NCBI GenBank assembly: GCA_041658205.1
Contig: JBBAAO010000001.1
Location: 838,800-902,799, forward strand
Direction: 5' to 3'
Length of the DNA stretch: 64,000 nt
Source: Bacteroidota bacterium
Lineage (GTDB): Bacteria > Bacteroidota > Ignavibacteria > UBA10030 > UBA8401
Of the stretch, positions 28,743 through 38,322 are shown one piece after another (within the stretch, counting starts at the first letter, position 1; every line of letters begins with the position of its first letter). The position numbers and the translations under genes were made by a program. Under the pieces are notes generated by a model, which saw nothing but the letters and a program-made list of their open reading frames with translations, was not told where the DNA came from and did no database searches.

Positions 28743-29192
28743 ATGGAATCTCTTTCAAATGAATTGATTTGGTTTTTATTCGGTCTAGTGTTAATGCTTG
28801 GTGAGATCGTTACACCGGGATTTGTGCTTATTTTCTTCGGCGTCGGGGCGTGGTTGATAGCACTGTTACTCTGGCTGGGTGTCTCAATAAGTTTCACAAC
28901 GCAATTGTTCGTCTTCTTGGTTGCATCCATCGTGTCGCTGATATTATTCCGAAAATATGGAAGCAAATATTCTCACGGAAAAGTTGTCCGACCGGATTCC
29001 GGAAGCTCCATTGATGATGTGAAAGGGGAGAGAGCCGTTGTACTGTATGATATTCAGCCGAGGACCGGCGGCAAAGTGGAATTTCACGGAACATTATGGA
29101 ATGCAGAATCCGACGTTGCCATCAGCAAAGGTGCTTCAGTTGAAGTGCTTGAACGAAATAATCTCACGCTCAAAGTAAAACCAATCCAGTAA
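28743..29192 (+). CDS. NfeD-family membrane protein (partner of SPFH/stomatin)
   Basis: Two N-terminal TMs followed by a C-terminal OB-fold-like segment (GERAVVLYDIQPRTGGKVEFHGTLWNAESD). It lies immediately upstream of the SPFH gene. The in-frame ATG at 28743 is the likely start (track ORF starts at 28671). Confidence 0.7.
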   Translation: MESLSNELIWFLFGLVLMLGEIVTPGFVLIFFGVGAWLIALLLWLGVSISFTTQLFVFLVASIVSLILFRKYGSKYSHGKVVRPDSGSSIDDVKGERAVVLYDIQPRTGGKVEFHGTLWNAESDVAISKGASVEVLERNNLTLKVKPIQ

Positions 29193-29205
29193 AAGGAGTT
29201 GTACA

Positions 29206-30156
29206 ATGGAAGTCTATATTCTGTTAGGTCTCATTCTTTTTGCATTTATTCTTCTTGGAAAAACGGCTCGAGTGGTACCGCAAAAAACAATCTTCATTGT
29301 TGAACGGTTAGGAAAATACAGTGCTACGCTAGATGCCGGATTTCATATTTTGATACCATTTATTGACCGGGTTGCCTACAGACATTCAATGAAAGAAATG
29401 GTCATTGATGTTCCACCGCAAGGATGTATCACAAAGGATAATATCGGCGTTGAAGTGGATGGAATTCTTTATATCCAAATTACTGATCCGGTAAAGGCAT
29501 CGTATGGCGTAGATAATTATATCTTTGCCTCAACGCAATTGGCGCAGACCACAATGCGAAGTGAGATTGGTCGGATTGATCTTGACCGGACGTTTGAAGA
29601 ACGTGATAAAATCAATCAAGAGATTGTGATGGCGGTTGACAAAGCAGCGGCACCATGGGGATTGAAAGTAACCCGACATGAAATTAAAAACATCGTTCCG
29701 CCGCCGAGTATAAAAGATGCAATGGAAAAACAGATGCGCGCGGAACGGGAGAAGCGTGCACTTATTGCTGAATCCGAAGGAGATAAACAAGCGAAGATCA
29801 ACCGTGCTGATGGAGACAAAGCAGAAGCAATTGCAAAGTCCGAAGGCGAGAAGATGAAACGGATCAACGAAGCGGAAGGACGTGGACAGGAAATTGAACG
29901 TGTGGCGATGGCGACAGCGAAAGGTATTCGGGAAATTGCCAATGCGATTAACGATAAAGGGGGACTTGATGCCGTGAACCTTCGTATTGCAGAACAATAT
30001 CTCGGTGAATTTGGAAAACTGGCGCAAAAGAATAATACGATGATCATTCCGTCGAATTTGTCAGACGTTGCCGGGACAGTTGGCGCGATCGCAAAGATCT
30101 TTTCAGGGATGAGTCAAACGAATATTGAAGAAGTAAAAGAAGTGAAGAAAAAATGA
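29206..30156 (+). CDS. SPFH/band-7 (stomatin-like) protein
   Basis: 316 aa. N-terminal TM, SPFH core (…IPFIDRVAYRHSMKEMVIDVPPQGCITKDNIGVEVDGILYIQITDP…) and a C-terminal coiled coil. RBS AAAGGAG. Confidence 0.85.
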   Translation: MEVYILLGLILFAFILLGKTARVVPQKTIFIVERLGKYSATLDAGFHILIPFIDRVAYRHSMKEMVIDVPPQGCITKDNIGVEVDGILYIQITDPVKASYGVDNYIFASTQLAQTTMRSEIGRIDLDRTFEERDKINQEIVMAVDKAAAPWGLKVTRHEIKNIVPPPSIKDAMEKQMRAEREKRALIAESEGDKQAKINRADGDKAEAIAKSEGEKMKRINEAEGRGQEIERVAMATAKGIREIANAINDKGGLDAVNLRIAEQYLGEFGKLAQKNNTMIIPSNLSDVAGTVGAIAKIFSGMSQTNIEEVKEVKKK

Positions 30157-30162
30157 CAACAA

Positions 30163-30195
30163 AAATGACCGTCACCTTCAAGGTGACGGTCATTG
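30163..30195. terminator. Palindromic hairpin between convergent genes. It shares the core TGACCGTCACCT/AGGTGACGGTCA with the 8727-8762 element.
   Basis: ATGACCGTCACCT-tca-AGGTGACGGTCAT forms a perfect 13-bp stem. It lies between the SPFH gene (+) and the 30203 OMP gene (-). Confidence 0.6.
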
Positions 30196-30202
30196 ACAAA
30201 GC

Positions 30203-30877
30203 TTAAAATGCTGATCCCAGGTTAATTGTAATAAAGAATCCGCCGAAATCTTTTTTTCGCATGATCTTTCCTGTTGCATCCTGCAAACTTTCAATTCCGC
30301 TGCTAAATGGGACAACATAATACCGGATATTGATGCCAGACAAGCTTCCCATATCTGAACCAAAAAAAGCGCCTACGCCGATATATCCGCCGACTGTATA
30401 ATTTGAACGGGCGTAGCCGAAACTATTAAAATATTCTTTTGCATACGGTGCTGCAAAGACAATGGTGGGTCCTGCGCCTGCGTTTACATACGGCCGAAAA
30501 CTATCAGTGATGTCATCTGCAAATAAGCGATACTGCACTCCAAACAATATTGGTATCATTAAGAATCGATTGATCTTTCCCGGAACAAATGATTGTCCCC
30601 AATAATCGTAATACTCCACTTCGTTATCATCTTTCGATTCTGCAAGTCCCAGGGTTACGGTACCGAATAAAACTCGGGAATACTCGTGACGATAAAAACC
30701 GGCAAGTCCGAATCCATTGTTGGAAAGAAGAATATCAACACCCCAAGCGTCATCCATTGTTGATTCAAAGGATTTGGCTGTTTCCTGTTCTGGAGATGTA
30801 AAAATGATCGTTGAATCTTTACTTTGGCTCAACAAGAGAGAAGTAACGAAGAGAATTGGATAGATAATATTTTTCAT
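30203..30877 (-). CDS. Hypothetical outer-membrane β-barrel-like protein
   Basis: 224 aa with a signal peptide (MKNIIYPILFVTSLLLSQS). It has an alternating hydrophobic pattern, aromatic-rich strands and a C-terminal ...INLGSAF. Confidence 0.5.
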   Translation of the reverse strand: MKNIIYPILFVTSLLLSQSKDSTIIFTSPEQETAKSFESTMDDAWGVDILLSNNGFGLAGFYRHEYSRVLFGTVTLGLAESKDDNEVEYYDYWGQSFVPGKINRFLMIPILFGVQYRLFADDITDSFRPYVNAGAGPTIVFAAPYAKEYFNSFGYARSNYTVGGYIGVGAFFGSDMGSLSGINIRYYVVPFSSGIESLQDATGKIMRKKDFGGFFITINLGSAF

Positions 30878-30907
30878 ATCAACCTCACGAAATTGAATCC
30901 GGGATAG

Positions 30908-32086
30908 TTATTCTATACTAAACAACGCACATTTAAGATAATGAGTTTCCGGCATAGATGGTAGAGTGGGGTGATCTGGAGCAGCACCGGAAAATTGAAG
31001 CAGCTTGATTCTTCGACCGGCTTTTACGCTGCAATCTTGAATAATGTTAAGAAACGTTTCCCGGTCAATATGATGAGAACAGGATGCGGATAAAAATATT
31101 CCATTTGGTGCGACAAGTTTTATTCCGTTTGTGTTGATCTCTTTGTAGCCTTTAATTGCTGTTGCAACCGTTTTTTTGTTTTTGGTAAAGGAAGGTGGAT
31201 CGAGAATAACAATATCCCATCGTTTGTCTGTCTTTAATGATTGCTCTAGAAATTGAAAGACATCAGCAGTATGAAATTGCACATTGGTCAATTTGTTTAA
31301 TACACCATTTGCTTTTGCCTTGCTGATTGCATCTTCGGAGATATCCACGCATTCAACATTTTTTGCGCCAAAAGCGGCAGCATAGAGTCCGAATCCCCCT
31401 TCGTTGCTAAAACAATCAAGAACGGTGGCGTTGTGTGCATACGGTTTAAGGATTGTTCTATTCTCCCGTTGATCAAGAAAAAAGCCGCTTTTTTGTCCGC
31501 CGAGAACGTCCACAGAAAATTTTACACCATTCAATTCAACAATGGTAGGGGAAACGGTTCCGCGTAAAAGATTTTTTCGTAAAGGAATTCCTTCCAAAGT
31601 TCGCAGGGGGGATTCGTTTCGTTCGACGATTCCTTGCGGGTGGAATATTTTTTCCAAAACATTGCAGATTATCTCCAAACGGAGATCCATACCGACGGAA
31701 AACGTCTGAATGGAAAGGTAGTCATTATACTTATCGATGATCAGTCCCGGGAGAAAATCACTTTCGCCGTTGACAATGCGGAACGTTGAACTTTTCGGGA
31801 ACATTTTTGTTCTCAATTCGAACGCTGTGCGAATCTGCTTTTCAAAAAAAGCTTCGTTAATCTCTTGTATGGTGGGAGAAAGGAACCGTACAGCGATTAG
31901 GGAAGAGGCATTAAAAAATCCTATTCCAAGCGACCGTCCATCGCTCCGTAGAATTTCAATGACATCGCCATTCTTTGGTTCGCCAACGATTCTCTGGATC
32001 TCATTGCTAAATACCCATTGATGTCCGTGGACCAATCGTCGGTCCTCATTTTTCTTAAGAATAATATGTTGTTCAAGTGTACTCAT
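30908..32086 (-). CDS. Class I SAM-dependent rRNA methyltransferase (RlmI/RlmK-like: PUA-like N-domain plus methyltransferase)
   Basis: 392 aa. N-terminal EVE/PUA-like region. SAM-binding motif VLDCFSNEGGFGLYAA and DPPSF (motif IV). Confidence 0.75.
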   Translation of the reverse strand: MSTLEQHIILKKNEDRRLVHGHQWVFSNEIQRIVGEPKNGDVIEILRSDGRSLGIGFFNASSLIAVRFLSPTIQEINEAFFEKQIRTAFELRTKMFPKSSTFRIVNGESDFLPGLIIDKYNDYLSIQTFSVGMDLRLEIICNVLEKIFHPQGIVERNESPLRTLEGIPLRKNLLRGTVSPTIVELNGVKFSVDVLGGQKSGFFLDQRENRTILKPYAHNATVLDCFSNEGGFGLYAAAFGAKNVECVDISEDAISKAKANGVLNKLTNVQFHTADVFQFLEQSLKTDKRWDIVILDPPSFTKNKKTVATAIKGYKEINTNGIKLVAPNGIFLSASCSHHIDRETFLNIIQDCSVKAGRRIKLLQFSGAAPDHPTLPSMPETHYLKCALFSIE

Positions 32087-32293
32087 ATGTTCAAGTTATT
32101 AAGAATTTCATGATTATCCAAAGAACCTCTCTTCTTTATTCCACCTTTGCCGAAGGAGGATGTACTAGTTCGTTTTATATTTTTATCCATGCAAATCTAT
32201 TCTTTCCGCGTCATCTGTGTTCAATTATCATCTGAGTTCTAATATCAAAATCCATCATTTCTTCCCAACTCTTTTTTCGTTACATTTTAAATA

Positions 32294-33208
32294 ATGGAAA
32301 CCACCTCACCCAATTTTCGCGCGGGATATGTTGCTCTGATCGGCGAACCGAATGTCGGCAAATCGACATTATTAAATTCACTGTTACAGCAAAAAATCTC
32401 CATCGTTACCAATAAACCGCAGACCACCCGTCATAAAATCCTTGGCATTCACAGCGGAAAAGATTATCAAATTGTTTTTCTGGATACACCGGGAATTATT
32501 AAACCAAAATATCTTTTACAAGAAGTGATGATGCATTTCGCTTCTCAGGCCGTGGAAGACGCTGATGTTGTGCTGCTGCTGGTGGATGCGGAAAAAGTAA
32601 AAGGAAAGTCGTACGATAGGAATAACGAGGCTGTGGAAAAAATTAAAGCGGCGAATAAAACCACCTTTCTTATCGTTAACAAAATTGACCTGTTGAAAAA
32701 GGAAGAGATCTTGCCGATGTTGGCGGATCTACAATCTCTCTTTCCGTTTGATGAAATCATTCCTCTTTCTGCACTGACGAAATTCAACACAAATGAATTA
32801 CTCACGACACTGGTAAAATATCTTCCTGAAAATCCTCCATACTATGATACGGAGATTGTCAGCGATGCACAGGAGCGTTTTTTTGTGAGCGAAATGATCC
32901 GCGAAAAAATCTTTGAATATTATGAACAGGAAATACCGTATTCTACCACCGTGGATATTATCGAGTTCAAAGAGCGGGAAAACGGAAAACATTATATCTC
33001 TGCCGATATCGTCATCGAACGAAATTCACAAAAGGGGATTTTGATTGGCAAAGAAGGACGAGCATTAAAACGGCTTGGAAGTGTATCACGTAAATCAATT
33101 GAAGAATTTCTCGGTCACGAGGTTTTTCTGGAATTACACGTGAAGGTCCGAAGCGACTGGCGAGAAGATAAAAACTGGCTTGATAGGTTCGGATATAAAG
33201 AAGAATAA
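32294..33208 (+). CDS. era: GTPase Era
   Basis: G1 GEPNVGKST, G2-region TTRHKI, G3 DTPG, G4 NKID, and a C-terminal KH domain (…ILIGKEGRALKRLG…). Confidence 0.9.
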   Translation: METTSPNFRAGYVALIGEPNVGKSTLLNSLLQQKISIVTNKPQTTRHKILGIHSGKDYQIVFLDTPGIIKPKYLLQEVMMHFASQAVEDADVVLLLVDAEKVKGKSYDRNNEAVEKIKAANKTTFLIVNKIDLLKKEEILPMLADLQSLFPFDEIIPLSALTKFNTNELLTTLVKYLPENPPYYDTEIVSDAQERFFVSEMIREKIFEYYEQEIPYSTTVDIIEFKERENGKHYISADIVIERNSQKGILIGKEGRALKRLGSVSRKSIEEFLGHEVFLELHVKVRSDWREDKNWLDRFGYKEE

Positions 33209-33220
33209 GTGAAGCAAGGG

Positions 33221-33281
33221 AAAAGTAAAAAGGCAAAAGTTAAAACTTAAAAGTTAAAAGTAAAAAATCAAAAGTAAAAAC
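33221..33281. repeat. Degenerate AAAAGT(T/A) tandem tract (~8 units) in the intergenic region upstream of the DUF1015 gene
   Basis: GGGAAAAGTAAAAAGGCAAAAGTTAAAACTTAAAAGTTAAAAGTAAAAAATCAAAAGTAAAAAC. Confidence 0.6.
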
Positions 33282-33343
33282 TAACAGCCAATAGCGAACG
33301 GCTTAGCGCTAATTTCTAACACCAGTTTTCAACGAGGTTTCAT

Positions 33344-34624
33344 ATGGCTACGATACGACCATTCCGTGGAATTCGATACAACCAAATGAAAGTAAACATT
33401 TCCAACGTTGTTGCTCCACCATACGATGTGATTTCACCGGAACAACAAAATGGATATTATGATAAGGACGTTCATAATGTTATTCGATTGATTTTAGGAA
33501 GAGAAGAAGATCGATATGCTTCTGCTGCTACAACGTATGAACAATGGCAAGCGAGCGACGTTCTCTTACGGGAACTAACACCTTCAATTTATCCATTAGT
33601 GCAGACATTCAAAACAACAGAAGGGAAAGAGGTTCGACGGAAAGGTTTTATTGCACTGTGTCATTTGGAAGAGTTTGACAAGAAGATCGTTTTACCGCAC
33701 GAAAAGACCTTATCCAAAGCTAAAGAAGATCGGTTTAAATTATTTAAAGCGACAAAATCGAATTTCAGTCAGGTATTTAGTCTGTATTCTGATGCAGAGA
33801 AAAAGATCGATGCATATCTAAATCCTGTTCATTCAACATTTCCTGTTATTGATGTGGAATTTGAGAGTGTGCGAAATCAATTGTGGCAGATTTCAGATGT
33901 TTCCGTGATTGAAAATATTGCAGCATTAATGGAGCCAAAGCAAGTATTGATTGCCGACGGACATCATCGTTATGAAACAGGATTAGCATATCGTGATCTA
34001 ATGCGTTCGCAAAACCCGAATCATACCGGAAAAGAATTGTATAATTACATTATGATGTTTTTCACGAATCTTGATGATGAAGGATTGGTAATTTTTCCGA
34101 CACACCGGGTTGTTCATAGTCTGCCGAATTATGACGGAAGCGCCTTGGTGGCAACATTGCAGCAGCATTTTGATGTGCAGGTGTATCCTACGCCGGATAT
34201 GATGATGAATGCACTGAAACAGTACCCGAAGTTTGCATACGGATTCGTCTCTAAACATTCTTCAAAATTCTTTGTGGCATCACTGAAAGATCCTTCAACG
34301 CTGAATACATTGGTACCCGAAAATCTTCCGCAGGAAGTGAAAAGTTTGGATGTTGTTCTTCTCCATAATTATATTCTCAGAAATCTGCTTGGAATTTCTC
34401 AGGAAGCGCAGGAAAAAAAATTGAACATTCATTACATCCAAAATGTTCATGAGTGCGTGGATGAAGTAGCAAGCGGAGCTTCGCAGATTGCGTTCTTTGT
34501 CAATCCAACCAGGATCGAACAGGTTCGTGACGTAACAAAATCCAGCAACACAATGCCCCAAAAATCGACTTTCTTTTATCCAAAACTGATTTCTGGTTTG
34601 GTATTCAATAAGATGGTTGAGTGA
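33344..34624 (+). CDS. DUF1015-family protein
   Basis: 426 aa. N-terminus MATIRPFRGIRYN…VAPPYDVIS and internal ADGHHRYE are the family hallmarks as I recall them. Confidence 0.75.
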   Translation: MATIRPFRGIRYNQMKVNISNVVAPPYDVISPEQQNGYYDKDVHNVIRLILGREEDRYASAATTYEQWQASDVLLRELTPSIYPLVQTFKTTEGKEVRRKGFIALCHLEEFDKKIVLPHEKTLSKAKEDRFKLFKATKSNFSQVFSLYSDAEKKIDAYLNPVHSTFPVIDVEFESVRNQLWQISDVSVIENIAALMEPKQVLIADGHHRYETGLAYRDLMRSQNPNHTGKELYNYIMMFFTNLDDEGLVIFPTHRVVHSLPNYDGSALVATLQQHFDVQVYPTPDMMMNALKQYPKFAYGFVSKHSSKFFVASLKDPSTLNTLVPENLPQEVKSLDVVLLHNYILRNLLGISQEAQEKKLNIHYIQNVHECVDEVASGASQIAFFVNPTRIEQVRDVTKSSNTMPQKSTFFYPKLISGLVFNKMVE

Positions 34625-34663
34625 GGGGAGAGGATGTTTAATGAGGAAAAAAATAATTACCAA

Positions 34664-34750
34664 TTACCAATTATCAATTTACAAATACCAAATTCTAAAT
34701 TCTAAAACAACACCTTGGATCCTGAATCCTGAATCCTAAATCCTAAACCT
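34664..34750. repeat. Cluster of short heptamer tandem repeats: (CCAATTA)x2, (AATTCTA)x2, (ATCCTRA)x4
   Basis: …ACCAATTACCAATTATCAATTTACAAATACCAAATTCTAAATTCTAAAACAACACCTTGGATCCTGAATCCTGAATCCTAAATCCTAAACC… lies directly upstream of the EamA gene start at 34760. Confidence 0.6.
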
Positions 34751-34759
34751 ATCTTTTCC

Positions 34760-35677
34760 ATGTCCGACCGCATAAAAATATTTTTCGCTTATACAGCAAT
34801 CTGCACCATCTGGGGTTCAACCTGGCTGGTGATTAAACTCGGTCTTGAAACAATGACCCCGCTTCTTTCTGCAGGATTGCGATTTGCGTTTGCAGGTTTG
34901 GTGCTCTTCGTGATTATTCGGATACGAAAAATTCCTATTCCCTGGAATTCGAATACTCGTTGGTTCTTTCTTGTTGCAGCATGCACTTCATTTTCGTTTC
35001 CGTTTGGATTAGTCTATTGGGGGGAACGACAGATCTCCTCGGGGATGACCTCGGTTTTATTTGCAACATTCCCTCTCTGTGTGGCGATTATTTCCAGTTT
35101 GATGATTCCGTCGGATAAGATCACTCTGCAAAAAGTATTAGGTGTGCTGCTTGGTTTTTTCGGTGTCGTCACAATATTTTCACATGATATACAATTTGAT
35201 GGAAATTCTGCTACCATGATGGGAATGGGTGCGGTTGTTCTCAGTGCCGCCATCCAGGCATTTTCGGCAGTTCTCATAAAAAAATATGGACATGATATTA
35301 GTCCTTTTGTTGTTAGCTTTGTTCCTATGTCCATTAGCGCAGTCATTCTCCTCACCGGCAGTCTCACTATCGAAGATTATTCAACCGTTCAGTTCACACC
35401 GATGGCGCTGTTCAGTATTTTCTTTCTTGCAATCTTTGGAACAATCATCACCTTCGTCAGTTATTTTTGGCTGCTGAAAAGAGTGGAAGTGGTTTTATTG
35501 TCACTGACATCTTTTGTTACACCTATTATTGCCGTTTTGCTCGGTGTATTTATTTTGGATGAAAAAATTTCTGCCCAATTATTTGGTGGTGCATTTCTCG
35601 TCTTTTTAGGGATTGCTACAGCCAATATCAATGAAATTCAAGCTCTCCTTCGTAAGCGCTTCTCACAACAAAAATGA
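34760..35677 (+). CDS. EamA-family (DMT superfamily) transporter
   Basis: 305 aa with ~10 predicted TM helices in two halves. Confidence 0.75.
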   Translation: MSDRIKIFFAYTAICTIWGSTWLVIKLGLETMTPLLSAGLRFAFAGLVLFVIIRIRKIPIPWNSNTRWFFLVAACTSFSFPFGLVYWGERQISSGMTSVLFATFPLCVAIISSLMIPSDKITLQKVLGVLLGFFGVVTIFSHDIQFDGNSATMMGMGAVVLSAAIQAFSAVLIKKYGHDISPFVVSFVPMSISAVILLTGSLTIEDYSTVQFTPMALFSIFFLAIFGTIITFVSYFWLLKRVEVVLLSLTSFVTPIIAVLLGVFILDEKISAQLFGGAFLVFLGIATANINEIQALLRKRFSQQK

Positions 35678-36816
35678 TATACCGTTTTTTATCTAAACGG
35701 ATCATCCTCCTGATCGTCGGGATCAGCGAATTACTTTGTGCATGGGGTCTGGAAGGGCACCGCGTCATTAATCTGAACGGTGCTCGCTCACTTCCTCTTT
35801 CAATGCTTCGGTTCCATGATGTGGATTATTATTTCGGTGACCACGCAAGCGATGTGGACAGACGAAAAGTCCGCGAGGATGAAGAAACGTATCGACAATT
35901 CATCGAATTGGAACGCTACCCGGAATTCTATAACAAATCCATGCCTGTTACACTGCTTGAACTTCAAAAAAAATATGGAAATGAATCCGTTCGGCAAAAT
36001 GGATATTTGCCATATCTTGTGTTGGAAATGTACGATTCACTACAGCGAAGGATGAAAAGGGGAGATTGGAACGGGACGATGAGTGTAGCAGCTGATCTTG
36101 GTCATTATATCGGGGATATAACCATGCCGCTGAACACCACAATAAATTATGATGGTCAATTAACGAAGAATTATGGGATAAAATGGCGCTACGAGATTGA
36201 AATGATGAACCGTTATTATAACCAAATCAATTTTAAGTGGACCGATCCGAAAAAATTTGAAAATCCCAAAACTGACCCGATAAGCAGAATCATGACACTG
36301 CTTGGGAAATCTCATGTAAAAGTAACGAATATCATGCGAGCGGACAGTGCAGCATTTCGTCTAGCAAAAAGAAATTATAATAGTACATACTATTCTTCGT
36401 TATGGAAAGAGGTCAATAAATTCACCAATGAGTTGATGCAGGATGGTGCGGATCTCTACACAACTCTTCTTTATAATGCATGGCTCAACGCCGGTGGAAT
36501 AAAAATCAGTTGGTCAGACGAACAAAAAAACAAGCGTTCAACATATGAATCCGAACCTGAACATCTTGAACAAAATTTTCCCAATCCGTTTAATCCGAAG
36601 ACGACTATTAAATATACTATCAAAGAGAGCTTCTATATTAAACTATCCATATTTAATCTCTTTGGACAAGAGTTGGATGTTTTGGTGGACGGAAAACAGG
36701 GTGAAGGAAGATATGAATATGTCTTTAATGGAGAACATATTCCCGGCGGTGTTTATTTTATTCGATTACAAATAAATGACAAAACAGAAGCGCGAAAAAT
36801 GATCCTCGCAAAATAA
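35674..36816 (+). CDS. S1/P1-nuclease-like (zinc-dependent PLC/nuclease superfamily) protein with a T9SS C-terminal sorting domain
   Basis: The signal peptide ends …LLCA|WGLEGHRVI. A mature N-terminal Trp followed by His is characteristic of S1/P1 nucleases. There is an internal HYIGDITMPLN-type metal motif. The C-terminal T9SS CTD is EQNFPNPFNPKTTIKYTI…GVYFIRLQINDKTEARKMILAK. The start overlaps the EamA stop (ATGA). Confidence 0.5.
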   Translation: MIYRFLSKRIILLIVGISELLCAWGLEGHRVINLNGARSLPLSMLRFHDVDYYFGDHASDVDRRKVREDEETYRQFIELERYPEFYNKSMPVTLLELQKKYGNESVRQNGYLPYLVLEMYDSLQRRMKRGDWNGTMSVAADLGHYIGDITMPLNTTINYDGQLTKNYGIKWRYEIEMMNRYYNQINFKWTDPKKFENPKTDPISRIMTLLGKSHVKVTNIMRADSAAFRLAKRNYNSTYYSSLWKEVNKFTNELMQDGADLYTTLLYNAWLNAGGIKISWSDEQKNKRSTYESEPEHLEQNFPNPFNPKTTIKYTIKESFYIKLSIFNLFGQELDVLVDGKQGEGRYEYVFNGEHIPGGVYFIRLQINDKTEARKMILAK

Positions 36817-36997
36817 GTAAAGAGTGTAGGATGATTTCTATCCTACAGATTTAGTATCTTATTCTACACATTTAAGCTGTTTTATTGACAGAATACACTC
36901 AATAATGCATTACATTATGGCATAGTAATTGGATTAGAGTATCCCGGAGAAGTGTTTAAGGTCTGTTGAAGATTATGTTATTTTTGATTTATTGTAA

Positions 36998-37150
36998 GTA
37001 CTCAGCAGAATTACATAAAAATTCAAAAATATGCCACCAAAACACGAAAACACGAATGTGCACAAAAAGAATTTGAATCAATACTCCATCAAGGTTGGTG
37101 AAATTTAGAGTTTTCGTGTTTTAGTGGCAAAAAATCATAAACACTGAGTA
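36998..37150. repeat. Copy A of a ~155-bp repeated intergenic element with internal inverted repeats (MITE-like / regulatory element)
   Basis: CAGCAGAATTACATAAAAATTCAAAAATATGCCACCAAAACACGAAAACACGAATGTGCACAAAAAGAAT…GGTGAAATTTAGAGTTTTCGTGTTTTAGTGGCAAAAAATCATAAA. The internal arms GCCACCAAAACACGAA and TTCGTGTTTTAGTGGC are ~55 nt apart. It is ~85% identical to the reverse complement of 52863-53025. Confidence 0.8.
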
Positions 37151-37186
37151 GTGACGATTTATTATACTAAGCAACTCTAAGTCAAC

Positions 37187-38212
37187 ATGAAGCAGTTATT
37201 TCCATATCTTATATTAATTTCTACGTTGTTTCTCTCCCAATGCACTAAGGATACGCTGGGTGTGAATGACACCGGTACCAATACCGGTAACGGTCCAGGA
37301 ATCATCATTAAGCGACTGTCCCAGGAAGACTATTACGCTAAAAAATACAGCGGTTCCAAAAACAAAACATCGAATGGCAGCATCAACGGCGGAGGTGTTT
37401 TCAACCTCAGCTATCAGGATCTGTTCTTCGATGCACCCGCAGGAAACGAAGGTGATGTGGTTCGCCCGATTGGTGAAAAGAATCTGTTACTTGTTGATAT
37501 TTCCATGGTCTATCAAAATGGAAATAAGGAAGGGATTCAGGATTTCGGCCCTCATACATCGGTGAAATTTAATACCATTGAATTATTCACTGCACAAAAT
37601 CAGTCAGGGCAAGCAAGTCAGCGGGGATTCTACAAAAGGAATTTTGCATTTACCAGAAGTGCTAACGGTTCGGTCACTGGTGCGCCGGAATATGAAGGTT
37701 CTACGGAATTGTACGATCCGGAAATGATGAACTTTACCTATACCACTCCGCCTCTTATCAGCGTGTTGAATTCTGATACAGTCGGATCAGTAATGACATT
37801 TGCTTCAATAGGTTCTGCAATTTTATTCGACAGCGGGAAAGTATTTCCTTCCACAAATGATATGGTGGTGAAACTGAATAGAAGGATCTCTAAAGGATCG
37901 GTCTTATCATTTGAAAAATTACGCGGGTCAACTTCACTATATCCGTACGTGCCGTCTGTAGTAACATACGAACTTCTTTCGGATACGAATGAAATCAGGA
38001 TTCCCAAAAAAGAAGTCGCATATGTGATAGAAACGTTACAGAGATCGACCGGCGTTTCAAAACCGATCGGCAAGATCTATCCATTTTGGCTGAATGTAAT
38101 TGAATCCGGTTTGTGTGATACATTGCGGCTGATTCATGCGCAAACAGGAAAAAATTATGATTTTTCCATATACCAATATTTTGAGTTTGGAAGGAAAATG
38201 TATTTTAAGTAA
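37187..38212 (+). CDS. Hypothetical lipoprotein
   Basis: 341 aa. Lipobox LFLSQC. No recognisable domain. Confidence 0.6.
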   Translation: MKQLFPYLILISTLFLSQCTKDTLGVNDTGTNTGNGPGIIIKRLSQEDYYAKKYSGSKNKTSNGSINGGGVFNLSYQDLFFDAPAGNEGDVVRPIGEKNLLLVDISMVYQNGNKEGIQDFGPHTSVKFNTIELFTAQNQSGQASQRGFYKRNFAFTRSANGSVTGAPEYEGSTELYDPEMMNFTYTTPPLISVLNSDTVGSVMTFASIGSAILFDSGKVFPSTNDMVVKLNRRISKGSVLSFEKLRGSTSLYPYVPSVVTYELLSDTNEIRIPKKEVAYVIETLQRSTGVSKPIGKIYPFWLNVIESGLCDTLRLIHAQTGKNYDFSIYQYFEFGRKMYFK

Positions 38213-38322
38213 ACAATCATCTTATAGTAAATTGATGATGTGGACAGGGCAGTTGACCTTTTAAATATTTGGATGATCTGCCCGTTGTTATTTTTTACTA
38301 TGTTACTGTTTTACATGACTGC

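Noticed and set aside
33221-33281. Possible CRISPR array (regular AAAAGT repeats)
   Set aside because: The units are 6-8 bp with no spacers, there is no cas gene nearby and the tract totals ~60 bp. It is a simple-sequence tract, not CRISPR.
36826-36850. Hairpin GTAGGAT-gatttct-ATCCTAC after the S1/P1-like gene
   Set aside because: It has a 7-bp stem without a convincing U-tract. It is a possible weak terminator but not strong enough to call.
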